Source: a virus
Taxonomy: Duplodnaviria; Heunggongvirae; Uroviricota; Caudoviricetes
Strand: one strand, 5' to 3'
DNA length: 64,000 bases
IMG/VR virus record: IMGVR_UViG_2576861193_000004
Location: 32,001 to 96,000 of that record
Below are positions 11,716-22,312 of the stretch, piece after piece (position 1 is the stretch's first letter; each line of letters begins with the position of its first letter). Position numbers and translations under genes: made by a program. The notes under the pieces are model-generated. The model was not told the DNA's origin. It did no database searches and saw nothing but the letters and a program-made list of their open reading frames with translations.

Positions 11716-14700
11716 TTAGTTACGTTGAGTGTTTGGGTTGAGTGATCCGCCAGGGCGTTTCTCTTGAGCGATAGTCTCAAGCGCGATTGCTTTCATCCGT
11801 TGAGCGGCATTGTTCCATATGCTTTCTGTATCGCCGGATTCTGTCGTGCTACCGTCACTATGGACGTTGATCTCAATTGATACAGGAGAAAGAACATTTC
11901 CGCCTCCACTCATACCATCGGTACTGAGCGTTACAGGGATTGTTCGGCCATCAGGCAATGGAACATACGCCTCATTCATAGAACCTTCCCCAAACAACGC
12001 TAATTGAGGCGAGTTAGCAATACCGCCTTTCTGGTATGCCCGGAGCGGGATCACGCCGTCTTTTCCGAATATTCCTCCATTTGCAAACTTCGGGATTGCA
12101 GGAATGCCTTTAGTTCCGTCAGCCACACTGCTGGTTGCGGTTTTAGCAGAGCTTGATGTCACGCTGTCGAAACCACCGCCAGCCCAAGCTGAAACAAGAC
12201 CAGATGCAACCGTTGCTCCAAAACTCAACCACTTATTACCAGAGCCGGAAGCATTAGCTCCAAGCATTGCAAACGCGGCAGACAGCGCGCCGGTAACAGA
12301 GCTTAGGTTCTGCATCGAGAAGATGGAGTCCTTCACTGCTTTTGTCTCAGCATCTTTGGCTTCAGTGCTATCAAATAGCCCTGATACCCAGCTACCAATC
12401 GCATTTGTTGCTGTGCCAATTGCGCTGGTGGTCTGCTGTGTTGTTTGCCCCAATCCAGTTACCGAACTGGACGTCTCCTTCGTGGCTTCTCCTACTGACT
12501 TGTCGCCGTTAACAGTGTTACCCATTCGTACACCTTGATTGGCAACTGCGGAAGCAACCCCGGTGAGCAAATTACCACTCTGTAAACTACCAGCTGCGGT
12601 GGTTCCCATCCCCAACATGTTCATTAGAGGCAGCGTGATCTGCGACTTCACGACCATATTGGTGATATCTTTCAAAATGGACTGAGATAGGCTGGAGAAG
12701 CTCATCTTCCCGTTAATAACGAAATCAGTCAGGACATCAGTTAAGCCACTAAACAAATCAGTCCAGGTGCTTTCGATCTGCTCTGCCAGGTTTTCGTATT
12801 CCAGTGCCAACTTCTGCGTCGCAGTCCCCGTCTCTTTAATAAGCGCGGTATTGCCAGCAGCAATCAGTTGATTGATTTTCTTTGTATAAAGCGCCACAAC
12901 TTTAGGATCAGACGCCTTATCACGAAGTTCTATCAACGCTTTGAGATTGCGGTTGTAGGTGTCTTCGAAATCAGCAACTTTCTCTTCACGAGACGGCGTA
13001 TAGCCAGCACTAATAATGGAATCCGACTCCGGTGCCCAGGTGGAGATCATTTGCTCAACATTGCGGCGATTAAACATCTCGCGATATTCAGGTGTCGCAT
13101 TTTTGAGGTCTTCAAGACGTTTTTTCGCCTTGTCGATCATCTCTTGAGTGATGAACTCGTTAGGAACCGCATTAGCCAAATCAGTCAGCGATTTCGTTGT
13201 ATCGCGAAGAGACTGATCAAACGATACCGTAGCCTTAGAGCTTTCACCCATTTGCCCCATAAGCTGATCGGCTTTGTCCAGAGCCTTCTGGTATCCGGCT
13301 GCCAGTTTCTGTTGCGCTGCCTGTTCCTTCTTGGCCGCACGCTGCGAGGCGTTAGCTGATCGTTGGGCTGCTTTCTCGGCTGCTGCTGCATCCTGTTCAC
13401 GAGCTTTAGTCAGTGCGGCAATGGCTGCGGCACGCTCTTCATCGCTCATTTTCTCCAGAGAGCTGGCACTGGATGCTTTCTGCAAATTAAGCTGCGTCTT
13501 GAGTTGTTTAGGCCCAATAATCGGCTTACCTTCGAAGTCCATCATCGGAGTGCCGTCAGGCAAAGTACGTTGATAAGTCGCAGAATCCATCTGGTTTCGC
13601 ATATATTGCGCCAGCGCCTTCTGAGCTGCTTTATCAGTTGTACCTAACCCCAGAACAGTCCCCTGGTTTGACATTACGCCCTTACCAGTTTTGGCCGCGT
13701 TATCTCTCTCGAACTCTGCCTGAGTCAGTTCCTGAGCGACGACTTCCAAATTCTCCTGATAACCACGAATACTGCCTTGCAGTTTCTTGATCTGCTCGGT
13801 GTTTCCTTCCTTTTTCGCTTTTTCAAGCTGATCATTAAGAGTGGCTATTTGCCCCTCGACAGCATTCTTACGAGAAGAAAGTGAATCAACCAGTTTTTGC
13901 GCAGGCTCCAGATAGCTTTTGTTTACCGTTTCACGTAACGGTGCCAATAGTTTGTTCTTTTCGTCATCAGAAAGTGAATCGTCATCATTGATTTTTTGGA
14001 TCTTCTCCAGAGCCTCTTGACGAGCTTTAGCGAATGTTGCCGCAAAGTCTCTATTCTCTTCCCGTATTTTCTCTATCTGTGATTCTGCCGCATCTTTTGC
14101 AAGACGTTTGGCTACAGCAATGTCTCCGCGTTCAATTGCCCCAGTAGTTTTATCGCGTTTCTTACGAAGGTCATTTAGCTCATTTTCTATACGCTTACGT
14201 TCATCCTGATTAATCTTTACTGTAGTTCCGGCCATACCCGGCCCATAAACCACCTTTTCGCCAGATTTTAACTCTTGTTCCTTTTGCGTGATTTGTTGCT
14301 CAAGACGCGCTTTATACTCCGCCATTTGTGCACGTTTGGCCGCTGTCATCGCTTCTGGTATTTTCCTAATCTCGTCAACGACCTTTGAAGTTTCGCTGCG
14401 GAGCATGGTCATGTACGTGATTAGGCCAGCAACAGCTACAGTGGCAACTGTAAATGCTGCCCCTATAGGGTTTGCTGCAATGAACGCCGTTAATCCAGCA
14501 AAAGCGCCTTTAAGCCCCGTAATCGCCCCACGGATGGCGAAAATAAGAGAGGGGATCGGAGCCAGCCCCATACGTGCCGCACGATTGAATCGAGTTACTG
14601 CTGTAGCGCCGAGGTTAAATGGAGTCTGTATGGCGGTCGCCATCGTGGCAAAGGTGCTAACCATCTGGCTGCCTGCGCCAACTACCCCCATGATCCCTGC

Positions 14701-16296
14701 TCGCATCAGTTTGAACGCAACCATCGCGGCCACGACCTTACCGAGATTAATTACCAGCTCTTGGTTCTTTGCTAACCATTGAGCAAGCTGACGCAACCCA
14801 TCGATTGCCGTCGTTAACCCCGAACCTAAAGAATTGGCAAACGAAATCCCTTCGGCGCTATTCATGATTGAAGCCAGTTCTTTCATCCCCTTCGATAGAG
14901 AATCCAGATATCCGGCCTGACCAACCCGATCAGCAAATAACGTGAATGACGTCTGAAGTTGCGCCAGCGCACCTGTGTAGGTTTGCATCATGTCTTTCGC
15001 TGCGTTCTCATTCTCCGCACGCAGACCAACAAACATCAGAGACAACGCCTGTTTTGCCTCAACCGTACCGCTGGCAACGGCTTTAGTCAGTTCCCCCATA
15101 GTGATGCCTGCGGCGTCTGCCATTGCCTGCATCGCGTTAGGAACGGCTTCACCTAATTGCTGACGTAGCTCTTCCATTGACACAACGCCCTTACCGGACA
15201 TCTGCTGAACGGCCACAGCCGCACGTTTCAACAGCTCACTATCACCACCAAAACGAGCAACGGAGTCCACCAGCGCCTTCAGAGAACCATCGGTTGGATC
15301 TAAGCCAGCAGAACGAAACTTCACGAAGGAGTCTGTTAACGCCTGCATCGCGAACGGCGCATTTTGAGCCATGTCTACGATGTACTTCATATCATCAGCG
15401 GCAGCCTGGCCCGGGTTGGACTTCTCCTTATTCAACCCTCGAAGCATCACCCGCATACGTTCCATTTCGGCCGCAGCTTCAACAATAGGCTTCTGCCACC
15501 CAAACATGATGTCAGTAACCGTTCTGGCTGCATCTCCGATCTCGCCAAGCAGGAAAATGTTGCCACGAAGGCCAGAGAACATACCTCCTTCGTTACTTTT
15601 ACCGCTATGGCCAGAAGCGCCGCTACGCCGCCCGCTACCACCATCGCCACTTCCAGATGTACGAACGCGTACCGGCTTGCTAATCAGTTGCTGACGTCCG
15701 ATAACTTCGTCCATCTGCTCACGAACCTTTTTCAGTCCCTCGGCAGCCTGACTCGTTGTGACACCCCAATTACTGAGTCGCTTCGTCGTGGTATTAAGGC
15801 GCGTATTCATGCCACTCACGGACGCAGAGGCTTCTTTGACCTCCGTACCAAAGCGGCTTGCGCTTTTGCTTGCATAGGTCGCCCAATCAGAGAAATCATT
15901 TAGCTCTGATTGCACTTTACGTAATGACGCGGTGAGTTTATCTACTGAAGAAGTTGTCGTATCGACGCGCTCAATCAGGGCTTTAAGACCAGAATTGAGG
16001 CTGGTGATGTTGCCACGCATTTTACGCGTAGCATCTGAAGCAAGCTCAAAACCGGCAGCTACATCCTGTAGTTTATCTGCCGTAGAATCGAGCTTGCTTT
16101 CCAGAACGCCAATGATACGGGCGACCGAACCCAAAGAGCGTTCAAAGGTTTGGATTTTTTGAGCAGGCTTTGTTACCTGCTCACCAAATCGAGTAAGCAG
16201 TTTCCCCGCACGATCGATTGACGCTGTAAACTGTTTGTCTTCCAGCGACAGGATAAACTCTACGTTTTGTGACATTCCCTTGTCATCCTCTGCCAA
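11716..16296 (-). CDS. tail tape measure protein, 1526 aa
   Basis: Very long alpha-helical/coiled-coil protein with a hydrophobic central segment, between G/T chaperone genes and M/L/K/I/J. Confidence 0.85.
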   Translation of the reverse strand: MAEDDKGMSQNVEFILSLEDKQFTASIDRAGKLLTRFGEQVTKPAQKIQTFERSLGSVARIIGVLESKLDSTADKLQDVAAGFELASDATRKMRGNITSLNSGLKALIERVDTTTSSVDKLTASLRKVQSELNDFSDWATYASKSASRFGTEVKEASASVSGMNTRLNTTTKRLSNWGVTTSQAAEGLKKVREQMDEVIGRQQLISKPVRVRTSGSGDGGSGRRSGASGHSGKSNEGGMFSGLRGNIFLLGEIGDAARTVTDIMFGWQKPIVEAAAEMERMRVMLRGLNKEKSNPGQAAADDMKYIVDMAQNAPFAMQALTDSFVKFRSAGLDPTDGSLKALVDSVARFGGDSELLKRAAVAVQQMSGKGVVSMEELRQQLGEAVPNAMQAMADAAGITMGELTKAVASGTVEAKQALSLMFVGLRAENENAAKDMMQTYTGALAQLQTSFTLFADRVGQAGYLDSLSKGMKELASIMNSAEGISFANSLGSGLTTAIDGLRQLAQWLAKNQELVINLGKVVAAMVAFKLMRAGIMGVVGAGSQMVSTFATMATAIQTPFNLGATAVTRFNRAARMGLAPIPSLIFAIRGAITGLKGAFAGLTAFIAANPIGAAFTVATVAVAGLITYMTMLRSETSKVVDEIRKIPEAMTAAKRAQMAEYKARLEQQITQKEQELKSGEKVVYGPGMAGTTVKINQDERKRIENELNDLRKKRDKTTGAIERGDIAVAKRLAKDAAESQIEKIREENRDFAATFAKARQEALEKIQKINDDDSLSDDEKNKLLAPLRETVNKSYLEPAQKLVDSLSSRKNAVEGQIATLNDQLEKAKKEGNTEQIKKLQGSIRGYQENLEVVAQELTQAEFERDNAAKTGKGVMSNQGTVLGLGTTDKAAQKALAQYMRNQMDSATYQRTLPDGTPMMDFEGKPIIGPKQLKTQLNLQKASSASSLEKMSDEERAAAIAALTKAREQDAAAAEKAAQRSANASQRAAKKEQAAQQKLAAGYQKALDKADQLMGQMGESSKATVSFDQSLRDTTKSLTDLANAVPNEFITQEMIDKAKKRLEDLKNATPEYREMFNRRNVEQMISTWAPESDSIISAGYTPSREEKVADFEDTYNRNLKALIELRDKASDPKVVALYTKKINQLIAAGNTALIKETGTATQKLALEYENLAEQIESTWTDLFSGLTDVLTDFVINGKMSFSSLSQSILKDITNMVVKSQITLPLMNMLGMGTTAAGSLQSGNLLTGVASAVANQGVRMGNTVNGDKSVGEATKETSSSVTGLGQTTQQTTSAIGTATNAIGSWVSGLFDSTEAKDAETKAVKDSIFSMQNLSSVTGALSAAFAMLGANASGSGNKWLSFGATVASGLVSAWAGGGFDSVTSSSAKTATSSVADGTKGIPAIPKFANGGIFGKDGVIPLRAYQKGGIANSPQLALFGEGSMNEAYVPLPDGRTIPVTLSTDGMSGGGNVLSPVSIEINVHSDGSTTESGDTESIWNNAAQRMKAIALETIAQEKRPGGSLNPNTQRN

Positions 16297-16552
16297 ATAT
16301 TTGCATCAGTTGCTCTTTGGCGTCAGGGTCTGCCTTATCCTGGCTTGGATCGTAGACTTTATCTGTTACGACTGGTCTTCCAATCCTGAGTTGCAAACCC
16401 TCCATGAACGCCTTCACAGCCTCGCCATCCGCCTGGGACGCACGAGCGACTTGTAAGTTGCGGACATCCTCTTCCGCACGCAGACGGTCTATATTGCGAC
16501 TGAGCATCCAGAACATCGTGAGAGGAACGTTCAGTAGCTCTAATGGCGACAC
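16283..16552 (-). CDS. tail assembly chaperone, T-frame segment (possible G-T frameshift product)
   Basis: Small ORF between G-like gene and tape measure gene, overlapping the tape measure start. Arrangement as in lambda G/GT. Confidence 0.4.
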   Translation of the reverse strand: MSPLELLNVPLTMFWMLSRNIDRLRAEEDVRNLQVARASQADGEAVKAFMEGLQLRIGRPVVTDKVYDPSQDKADPDAKEQLMQIFGRG

Positions 16553-16632
16553 GGCGTAGTGAGCAACTACACGACTGAAATAGAATCCGAGATCTATTGA
16601 GACGGTCCTTGTCCCGGATTCATCGCGGGAAA

Positions 16633-16950
16633 TTACTTTGCCCCTTCGCCAGCCGCTTTTTCGTTTTCTTCATCAATCACTTCCATAGCGAAGGTGAAGA
16701 TCTGCTGGAGTTGCGGAACAGTCAGTTTTTCAAGAACTTCGTCAGGTACTGAAGGGATAACCTTACGAACCAGATCTGCATAAGCTGTCACTTGCTCAAC
16801 AGGAGACATGTTCTTGAGATCTTTGCCTTCCATCTGCTTGATGGAAACAAAGAGGCCGACGGTCATTTCAACGATGGGATATTCTTTGCCACCAAATTTG
16901 ATGCTTTTTTTCGGCGGCAGAATGGAGTCGAGATCGAGTAATTTGGTCAT
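16633..16950 (-). CDS. tail assembly chaperone, lambda G-like
   Basis: 105-aa acidic protein immediately downstream of major tail gene. Confidence 0.55.
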   Translation of the reverse strand: MTKLLDLDSILPPKKSIKFGGKEYPIVEMTVGLFVSIKQMEGKDLKNMSPVEQVTAYADLVRKVIPSVPDEVLEKLTVPQLQQIFTFAMEVIDEENEKAAGEGAK

Positions 16951-17011
16951 GGTTTAAATCCTTTTAAACTCATACAGAGGCCCATCCATGGGCCTCTTGG
17001 GTTATCACAAT

Positions 17012-17794
17012 TTAGCTTGCGGCAGTTACAGAGACGGCTTTGGTCGCCTTCTTGGCACCGTCATTAGTTGTGAAGGTGATATTGGCTGAACCGACAGCTT
17101 TACCAGTTACCAGTCCGTTCTGATCTACGGTCGCTTTATCAGTCGCATCAGAGCTCCACACGCCAGTCTTATTGGTTGCATCGGCCGGGGTGAAGGTTGC
17201 GCTCAATTGAACTTTAGTGCCCACTTTTACGGTCGGTGAAGACGGGGTCAGCGTGACGCTCTCAACCGGCTTTGGGAGGCTCATTTTCCCCAACACGCCA
17301 GCGTCGTCCGGGTAAGCGGAAAACTCAACTGAGAACACGCGAACGTCGTCAGACTGGTAGGTCATGGTGAAGTTACCCGCGGTTGCTGCTTTAGGGATGG
17401 TCAGAACATAATCCGTCGCATCCTGCGGGGTCAGCACCAACTCTTTCGCAACGTCGATCAGGTTCACTCCCTGCGCAGACGTGATGGTTACGGTATCTTC
17501 GCCAGAACTCAGCGTGGAACCTGGCATCAGATCGACCATGTTTTTCAACACGGATTCAGCCAGCGGCGCAGTAATGGTGATGTTGCGGCCCTGGATCAGC
17601 TCGGAGATCGTGGTCTGGCCCAGCTGGTCTACGGTCACTTTCAGCGTTTCGGTTGCGATTTCAACCTGAACACCACCTTTGGTGTAACCCAAATCCACAC
17701 CACCAAACGACACCTTACAGGCACCAAGTTTGATGTTTTTTACATGGGTATTAGACATTGATGGAAAACTCCTTTTTCCGTTAATTCTACGCAT
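17012..17794 (-). CDS. major tail protein with C-terminal Ig-like (Big_2-type) domain
   Basis: Position, size, and C-terminal Ig-like repeat similar to those in the 20418-21338 protein. Likely true start MSNTHVK near 17758. Confidence 0.7.
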   Translation of the reverse strand: MRRINGKRSFPSMSNTHVKNIKLGACKVSFGGVDLGYTKGGVQVEIATETLKVTVDQLGQTTISELIQGRNITITAPLAESVLKNMVDLMPGSTLSSGEDTVTITSAQGVNLIDVAKELVLTPQDATDYVLTIPKAATAGNFTMTYQSDDVRVFSVEFSAYPDDAGVLGKMSLPKPVESVTLTPSSPTVKVGTKVQLSATFTPADATNKTGVWSSDATDKATVDQNGLVTGKAVGSANITFTTNDGAKKATKAVSVTAAS

Positions 17795-17832
17795 TCATTG
17801 CGCTAATAGTAAGTATATACTTACCAATTGAG

Positions 17833-18339
17833 TTAATTCAATAAATAGCCAGCAAATTCAACAGGAATGCCTGCTTCTATTAATGCCCCATCATTTTTGG
17901 GATAAATGATTGGCATCGCCATCGGTCGTACAAGTCGAAAATACACACCACCAGATTCCGTTTCCTCTACTGGAAACATCTCAATGATTTTATTGGCTTT
18001 CTCAACCGTCGTAGTAATTGACGAACCACGCACAATGATTGTGAATGATTCGTGATAAAAGCCCTGTAGCTCATGATCGATGCTGATGCCGGTATTTGGA
18101 TTAATAAGCAGGACGCCAGATTTCACATTGGCAGGCAAGTAGTGACAGAAAATGTCAGTCCCGACCGTGCCAATCTTTGCCTTCTGCATCAAACTTGCAA
18201 ACGCTTCAATAAACACATTAACCTCTCGTAAATCCGGCTTTTCTGGCAGCCTCAAGAATCGCTTCTGAGAACTGCTTCTCGCTAATTTCCACCGCTCTTT
18301 CCAGAAAGTGTGGCCCAACACGGGGTTTAACACCGGCAA
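17833..18339 (-). CDS. tail terminator/completion protein (U-like); real start probably internal (~18189)
   Basis: Position in head-tail joining region. Track ORF overlaps the upstream gene by about 120 nt. Confidence 0.45.
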   Translation of the reverse strand: MPVLNPVLGHTFWKERWKLARSSSQKRFLRLPEKPDLREVNVFIEAFASLMQKAKIGTVGTDIFCHYLPANVKSGVLLINPNTGISIDHELQGFYHESFTIIVRGSSITTTVEKANKIIEMFPVEETESGGVYFRLVRPMAMPIIYPKNDGALIEAGIPVEFAGYLLN

Positions 18340-18691
18340 TTGGTGGGTTTGTCACGTTCTTCATTCGAGAAAGATAACCGAGTCGGTATTTACCCAGCTC
18401 CATGTACTTAGCATAGTCACCTACTTCTACACCCGGATGCCCCTGACGTGGTTTTGCTCCAGACACAGAAAGCTCAATGCGCAGCCCTGAATAACCTTCT
18501 TTAATCACCCTGGCAAAGATAGCTGTCTCCAGAGATCCGGTTTCCAGCGGGGCCATTGCACGGCTGAGGCGCTCAACCAAACGCGCCAGCTTTTCCATGT
18601 CCCGAATAAGATATCGCTTAAATGCTTTCTGGCTGTTATTGAGTCTATTCCCCGCACGTTTGAACTGATGCGCATCGTATTTCAGACCCAT
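18218..18691 (-). CDS. head-tail joining / tail completion protein (Z-like)
   Basis: Position between connector genes and U-like gene. Confidence 0.4.
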   Translation of the reverse strand: MGLKYDAHQFKRAGNRLNNSQKAFKRYLIRDMEKLARLVERLSRAMAPLETGSLETAIFARVIKEGYSGLRIELSVSGAKPRQGHPGVEVGDYAKYMELGKYRLGYLSRMKNVTNPPIAGVKPRVGPHFLERAVEISEKQFSEAILEAARKAGFTRG

Positions 18692-19122
18692 ATATTCGCC
18701 CCTACTTCAAGATGCCCAGGTCTTCCTCGTAGCCCCCAGCGGCGATGAACACTGGACACCTTTAATTTTTGACCTTCAAGGATCAGTACATCATCAAGTT
18801 GTACAGCCGCTTCTAAAGGGACAACTAACACAGCATCAAACAGCTCCAGACTCGCCTTACCACGACTACCAGAGCTATCAGCACGAACTGACGATTTCTC
18901 ATTACTCTGTTCGAACTTAACCACGCCGACATTCGTCTTCCTGACGAATTGTAATTGCGCCTCACCGTAAACGTTCTTTGCGCCAAAGCGGTAGATCGCA
19001 ATTTCTGTTTGCCATGAAATATTCATGCTCTCTCCCTGTTGTTGTCGGTCGCTCTCATTACTGGCCAAAAACCCTTTAGACCAAAAGTAAATAATGCGAC
19101 TGGCGTTACGCACGGCGAACAA
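18682..19122 (-). CDS. head-tail connector protein (hypothetical structural)
   Basis: Gene order within morphogenesis operon, tight overlaps with neighbours. Confidence 0.4.
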   Translation of the reverse strand: MFAVRNASRIIYFWSKGFLASNESDRQQQGESMNISWQTEIAIYRFGAKNVYGEAQLQFVRKTNVGVVKFEQSNEKSSVRADSSGSRGKASLELFDAVLVVPLEAAVQLDDVLILEGQKLKVSSVHRRWGLRGRPGHLEVGANIWV

Positions 19123-19939
19123 TCATACGGTTGTTGATGTAACTGACCAGCAAGCGCCAGGTGCTACGAGCCACATGCACGTTTGCAGCTTTACCGGTAC
19201 GGTACATGTTGGTTGTTTCACCGATGGACTCTGACAAAATGCCATCCTCTCGTGCTGCGGCTACATCATTGCCATTTGCGATCTCACACGCTTCGTTGAC
19301 AACGGCAAGCATCAACGCTTCTTTGAAGTAGTCAGGGAACTCTTCAAACTTCTCCTGCGTCATCTTTTCCCAATCGACTAAATCATGCCGGTACGCTCCA
19401 TCTGCTCCCCACGGAATATCATACACATTCAGCATATTTTGAGGGCGATCGTATCGGTCAAAGTCGATACGTAGAATTTTGCGGATTGAGAACGGTAAAG
19501 TTTTAATTCGTCTGGTAGCCTCAATGAGACGCTTGCGCATTAAGCCTTCACCATCCGACAGCAAAGTGTCCCCATTCAGCATATCGATCGCCTGCATTTG
19601 AGCATCAGCGACAGTTGCAAACGACTGTTCTGGTATCGACAGTTCAAAACTATTCAGCAGAACATACATTTGCCGCTCTTCATGCGTCAGACCCGATGCA
19701 ACAGCCTTCACAATGACGTACCGCAGATCTCGCTCTTTCTCAGAGAGCTGGTTATATTCAGCCGACACGACAACCGGAATCGACATTTGACCGTTGGTAA
19801 TTTCTAGCGGCTCGCCATCAACGAGAATAGCCCCGGTGCTGTCCTTTACTGTGTAGGTGGCAGATTCGATATCCAGCACGTTGAAGGCAAATGAAAGAGA
19901 AACAGCTTCACCGCTACGATACGAGTCGATCTGCGCCAT
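19106..19939 (-). CDS. hypothetical structural protein (head completion region)
   Basis: Gene order only. Confidence 0.4.
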   Translation of the reverse strand: MAQIDSYRSGEAVSLSFAFNVLDIESATYTVKDSTGAILVDGEPLEITNGQMSIPVVVSAEYNQLSEKERDLRYVIVKAVASGLTHEERQMYVLLNSFELSIPEQSFATVADAQMQAIDMLNGDTLLSDGEGLMRKRLIEATRRIKTLPFSIRKILRIDFDRYDRPQNMLNVYDIPWGADGAYRHDLVDWEKMTQEKFEEFPDYFKEALMLAVVNEACEIANGNDVAAAREDGILSESIGETTNMYRTGKAANVHVARSTWRLLVSYINNRMIVRRA

Positions 19940-20373
19940 TACTCACCACCTTGTGCTTTCAGGATGCCGTCAATCATTTCGACAATTCCTTTCGCTTTGA
20001 CACCAACCTGATTACCAATAACTCGTAGACCGGCAATACCTTCGTTGTCTGCAATTGACTCCAGTTCTTCTCGTGTGAAAGTCTGGATCTGTTTGGCCGG
20101 TTCATCTGGTGTCCCACGTTTCATTGGCACAATGTCAGGCGCTGCTGGCTCGGTAATCAGGTCTGCTGTCAATTCACCACGATCACTGTATGCGGCAGAC
20201 GGAGAAACATTTTTGCCCTCTACTGTTGACGCTCGCATTGAAGCACAAATCCTCTGCTGATCGATAAAAGGCAACTCCGCTACGGATACCCCGTTCTCGA
20301 ACTGAACGCCACACAGCATTCCCGAATAACCGGAAAATTGCGGTTCTAATAAAACAATTTTTGCTGGTTTCAT
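19939..20373 (-). CDS. hypothetical structural protein
   Basis: Gene order, overlapping start/stop with neighbour. Confidence 0.4.
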   Translation of the reverse strand: MKPAKIVLLEPQFSGYSGMLCGVQFENGVSVAELPFIDQQRICASMRASTVEGKNVSPSAAYSDRGELTADLITEPAAPDIVPMKRGTPDEPAKQIQTFTREELESIADNEGIAGLRVIGNQVGVKAKGIVEMIDGILKAQGGE

Positions 20374-20417
20374 AACGCTTTCTCTCCACTTGGGCGGCGA
20401 AAGCCGCCCAATATCGG

Positions 20418-21338
20418 TTATTCCTGTGCGGCAGTAACTTCTACAGTTGCTGTCGCTTTGTGGCTACCATCTTGGGTAGTAACCTCGATTGTGGCAGTAC
20501 CAGCCGCAACGCCAGTTACAACACCGGTTTCGCTATCCACCGTTGCAAACTCGGTATTTTTGGATTCCCAAGTAACGGTTTTATTTGTGGCTCCTGCCGG
20601 CTCGACATTTGCGGTCAGCTGAACAGTTTTGTTTGCCTCAACGGTTGTGCTATTTGGGTCGATTTCGACGGCGGTAACAGCCACAACAGGCGCAGTTACT
20701 TCCACCGTTGCAGTTGCCTTTTTGCTGCCATCTTGGGAAACGATCTCAATCGTCGCAGTGCCAACTTCTACACCAGTAACGTTCCCGCTCTGGTCTACCG
20801 TTGCCTTATCTTCATTTTTGGAAGACCAGGTAACAGCCTTATTCGTCGCATTTGACGGCTGAACATTCGCTTTCAGACTGACTGATTTCCCTTTCTCAAC
20901 AGACGTTGATTCTGGCGTTACCGTTACGGATTGAACGGCTACCGGATTTACGGTGACTTCCACTGAAGCGGAAAGCTGGGTTTCCTGATCAGTTGCAGTA
21001 ATTTTTACTTTGCCTGGTGCTACGCCAGTTACTAATCCAGTGCCGTTAACGGTTGCAATTTGGTCATTTGCTGACTTCCAGGTGAATGAACTGGCACTCT
21101 TACCCATACTAATACCTGCACTAAGTTGAACAGTTTTCCCAACCAAAACTGACGGTGAAGCCGGGGTTATGTTTACGGATTGGGAGAGGGGAACCGCCTG
21201 CAAACAAGCAGATAGCTGACTTTGTTGCCGCTCGGTTAAAGGTTCATCGGAGATAGAATTGGTAAATCCGGCACGGCACATATGCCCCGTAAAATCCGAA
21301 AATGCCTCTTCCGTAATCTTCATCTTTTGTTCTGGCAT
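20418..21338 (-). CDS. Ig-like (Big_2) repeat protein, probable head decoration protein
   Basis: Three tandem Ig-like repeats (VTVTPESTSVEKGKSV...ATNKAVTW...TATIEIVSQDGSKKATATVEVTA), directly downstream of capsid gene. Confidence 0.6.
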   Translation of the reverse strand: MPEQKMKITEEAFSDFTGHMCRAGFTNSISDEPLTERQQSQLSACLQAVPLSQSVNITPASPSVLVGKTVQLSAGISMGKSASSFTWKSANDQIATVNGTGLVTGVAPGKVKITATDQETQLSASVEVTVNPVAVQSVTVTPESTSVEKGKSVSLKANVQPSNATNKAVTWSSKNEDKATVDQSGNVTGVEVGTATIEIVSQDGSKKATATVEVTAPVVAVTAVEIDPNSTTVEANKTVQLTANVEPAGATNKTVTWESKNTEFATVDSETGVVTGVAAGTATIEVTTQDGSHKATATVEVTAAQE

Positions 21339-21411
21339 TTCTCGCTCCTACAAAAAGGGTGGGCGTATAGCCCACCCTTTAACATAGATAACTACTTATC
21401 TACTACACTGA

Positions 21412-22287
21412 TTAAATTTTTACATTGGTCAGTGCAGCGATAGCCTTATCGTGCTTATTCGCCAGAGAGCAGTACCACTTCACACGGGTACGTACTGCGT
21501 CTTTGTTCTGTACAGTACCAATGTTTTCAACAACGATACCTGCGTTGTCGCCGCCATACAGACCAGTAACGCCGTTCTCTTCTGACAGATGCAGGCAGTA
21601 GATGCTTGCTTTGCCAGAATCGGTCGGGATGAAGTCGTTGATGATGAACGGAACGCCGTTATGACACAGCATCGGACGACCGAAGTTCTCCATCATGATT
21701 TCAGACGGACCTACGTTTACTGTACGCAGCAGCGCACGGTAAGCACGCAGGTGCTCTGAACGCATCATGATGCAGTCAGCACCAAGATCTTTCACCGCAT
21801 CGACCAGTTCGTCGAACATAGAGAAAGTCATAGATGCACCGGCGATATCGATCTTCTGATCTGCGTGCATCAGGCGTGGAATGCCGTCAAACGCCTTGTT
21901 GTTGGAGCTGGAGTCACCCAAAATCAGGTTGCGACGGAACGCACGAGCCAGACCTTTAACTTTCTGACGAACCTGAATAGCCAACTGGTTGTTGGTGTCG
22001 GCCATAGTGGTCGCCAGGAATTTATCAACGTCTACGTCACCAGCCAGAATACGCAGTTTCGCAACGCATTCTTCGAAGGTTGCTGCACCTTCAGGGATGG
22101 TGTCGTTAACGTCGATGAAGGTAGCTTCACTCAGCGTTTTTTCACGGTTGTACAGATATGCCTTTGAATTAATTTTCATAAAAGGCAGGATGGCAAACAG
22201 GTCATCGCGATCGATGATAGTTTCGATCACACCCTGTTCAAGTTCGTTGTTAGACAGCTTTTCAGCTTCTTCACGCAGTAATGGCAT
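21412..22287 (-). CDS. major capsid protein (putative)
   Basis: 291 aa, position between scaffold and decoration genes. Confidence 0.6.
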   Translation of the reverse strand: MPLLREEAEKLSNNELEQGVIETIIDRDDLFAILPFMKINSKAYLYNREKTLSEATFIDVNDTIPEGAATFEECVAKLRILAGDVDVDKFLATTMADTNNQLAIQVRQKVKGLARAFRRNLILGDSSSNNKAFDGIPRLMHADQKIDIAGASMTFSMFDELVDAVKDLGADCIMMRSEHLRAYRALLRTVNVGPSEIMMENFGRPMLCHNGVPFIINDFIPTDSGKASIYCLHLSEENGVTGLYGGDNAGIVVENIGTVQNKDAVRTRVKWYCSLANKHDKAIAALTNVKI

Positions 22288-22312
22288 CTATCAATTCCCT
22301 TTGATTTAGATG

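Noticed and set aside
12104-15903. Several plus-strand ORFs (up to 179 aa) within the tape measure gene
   Set aside because: Antisense to a confidently called 1526-aa gene, with no RBS and low-complexity products.
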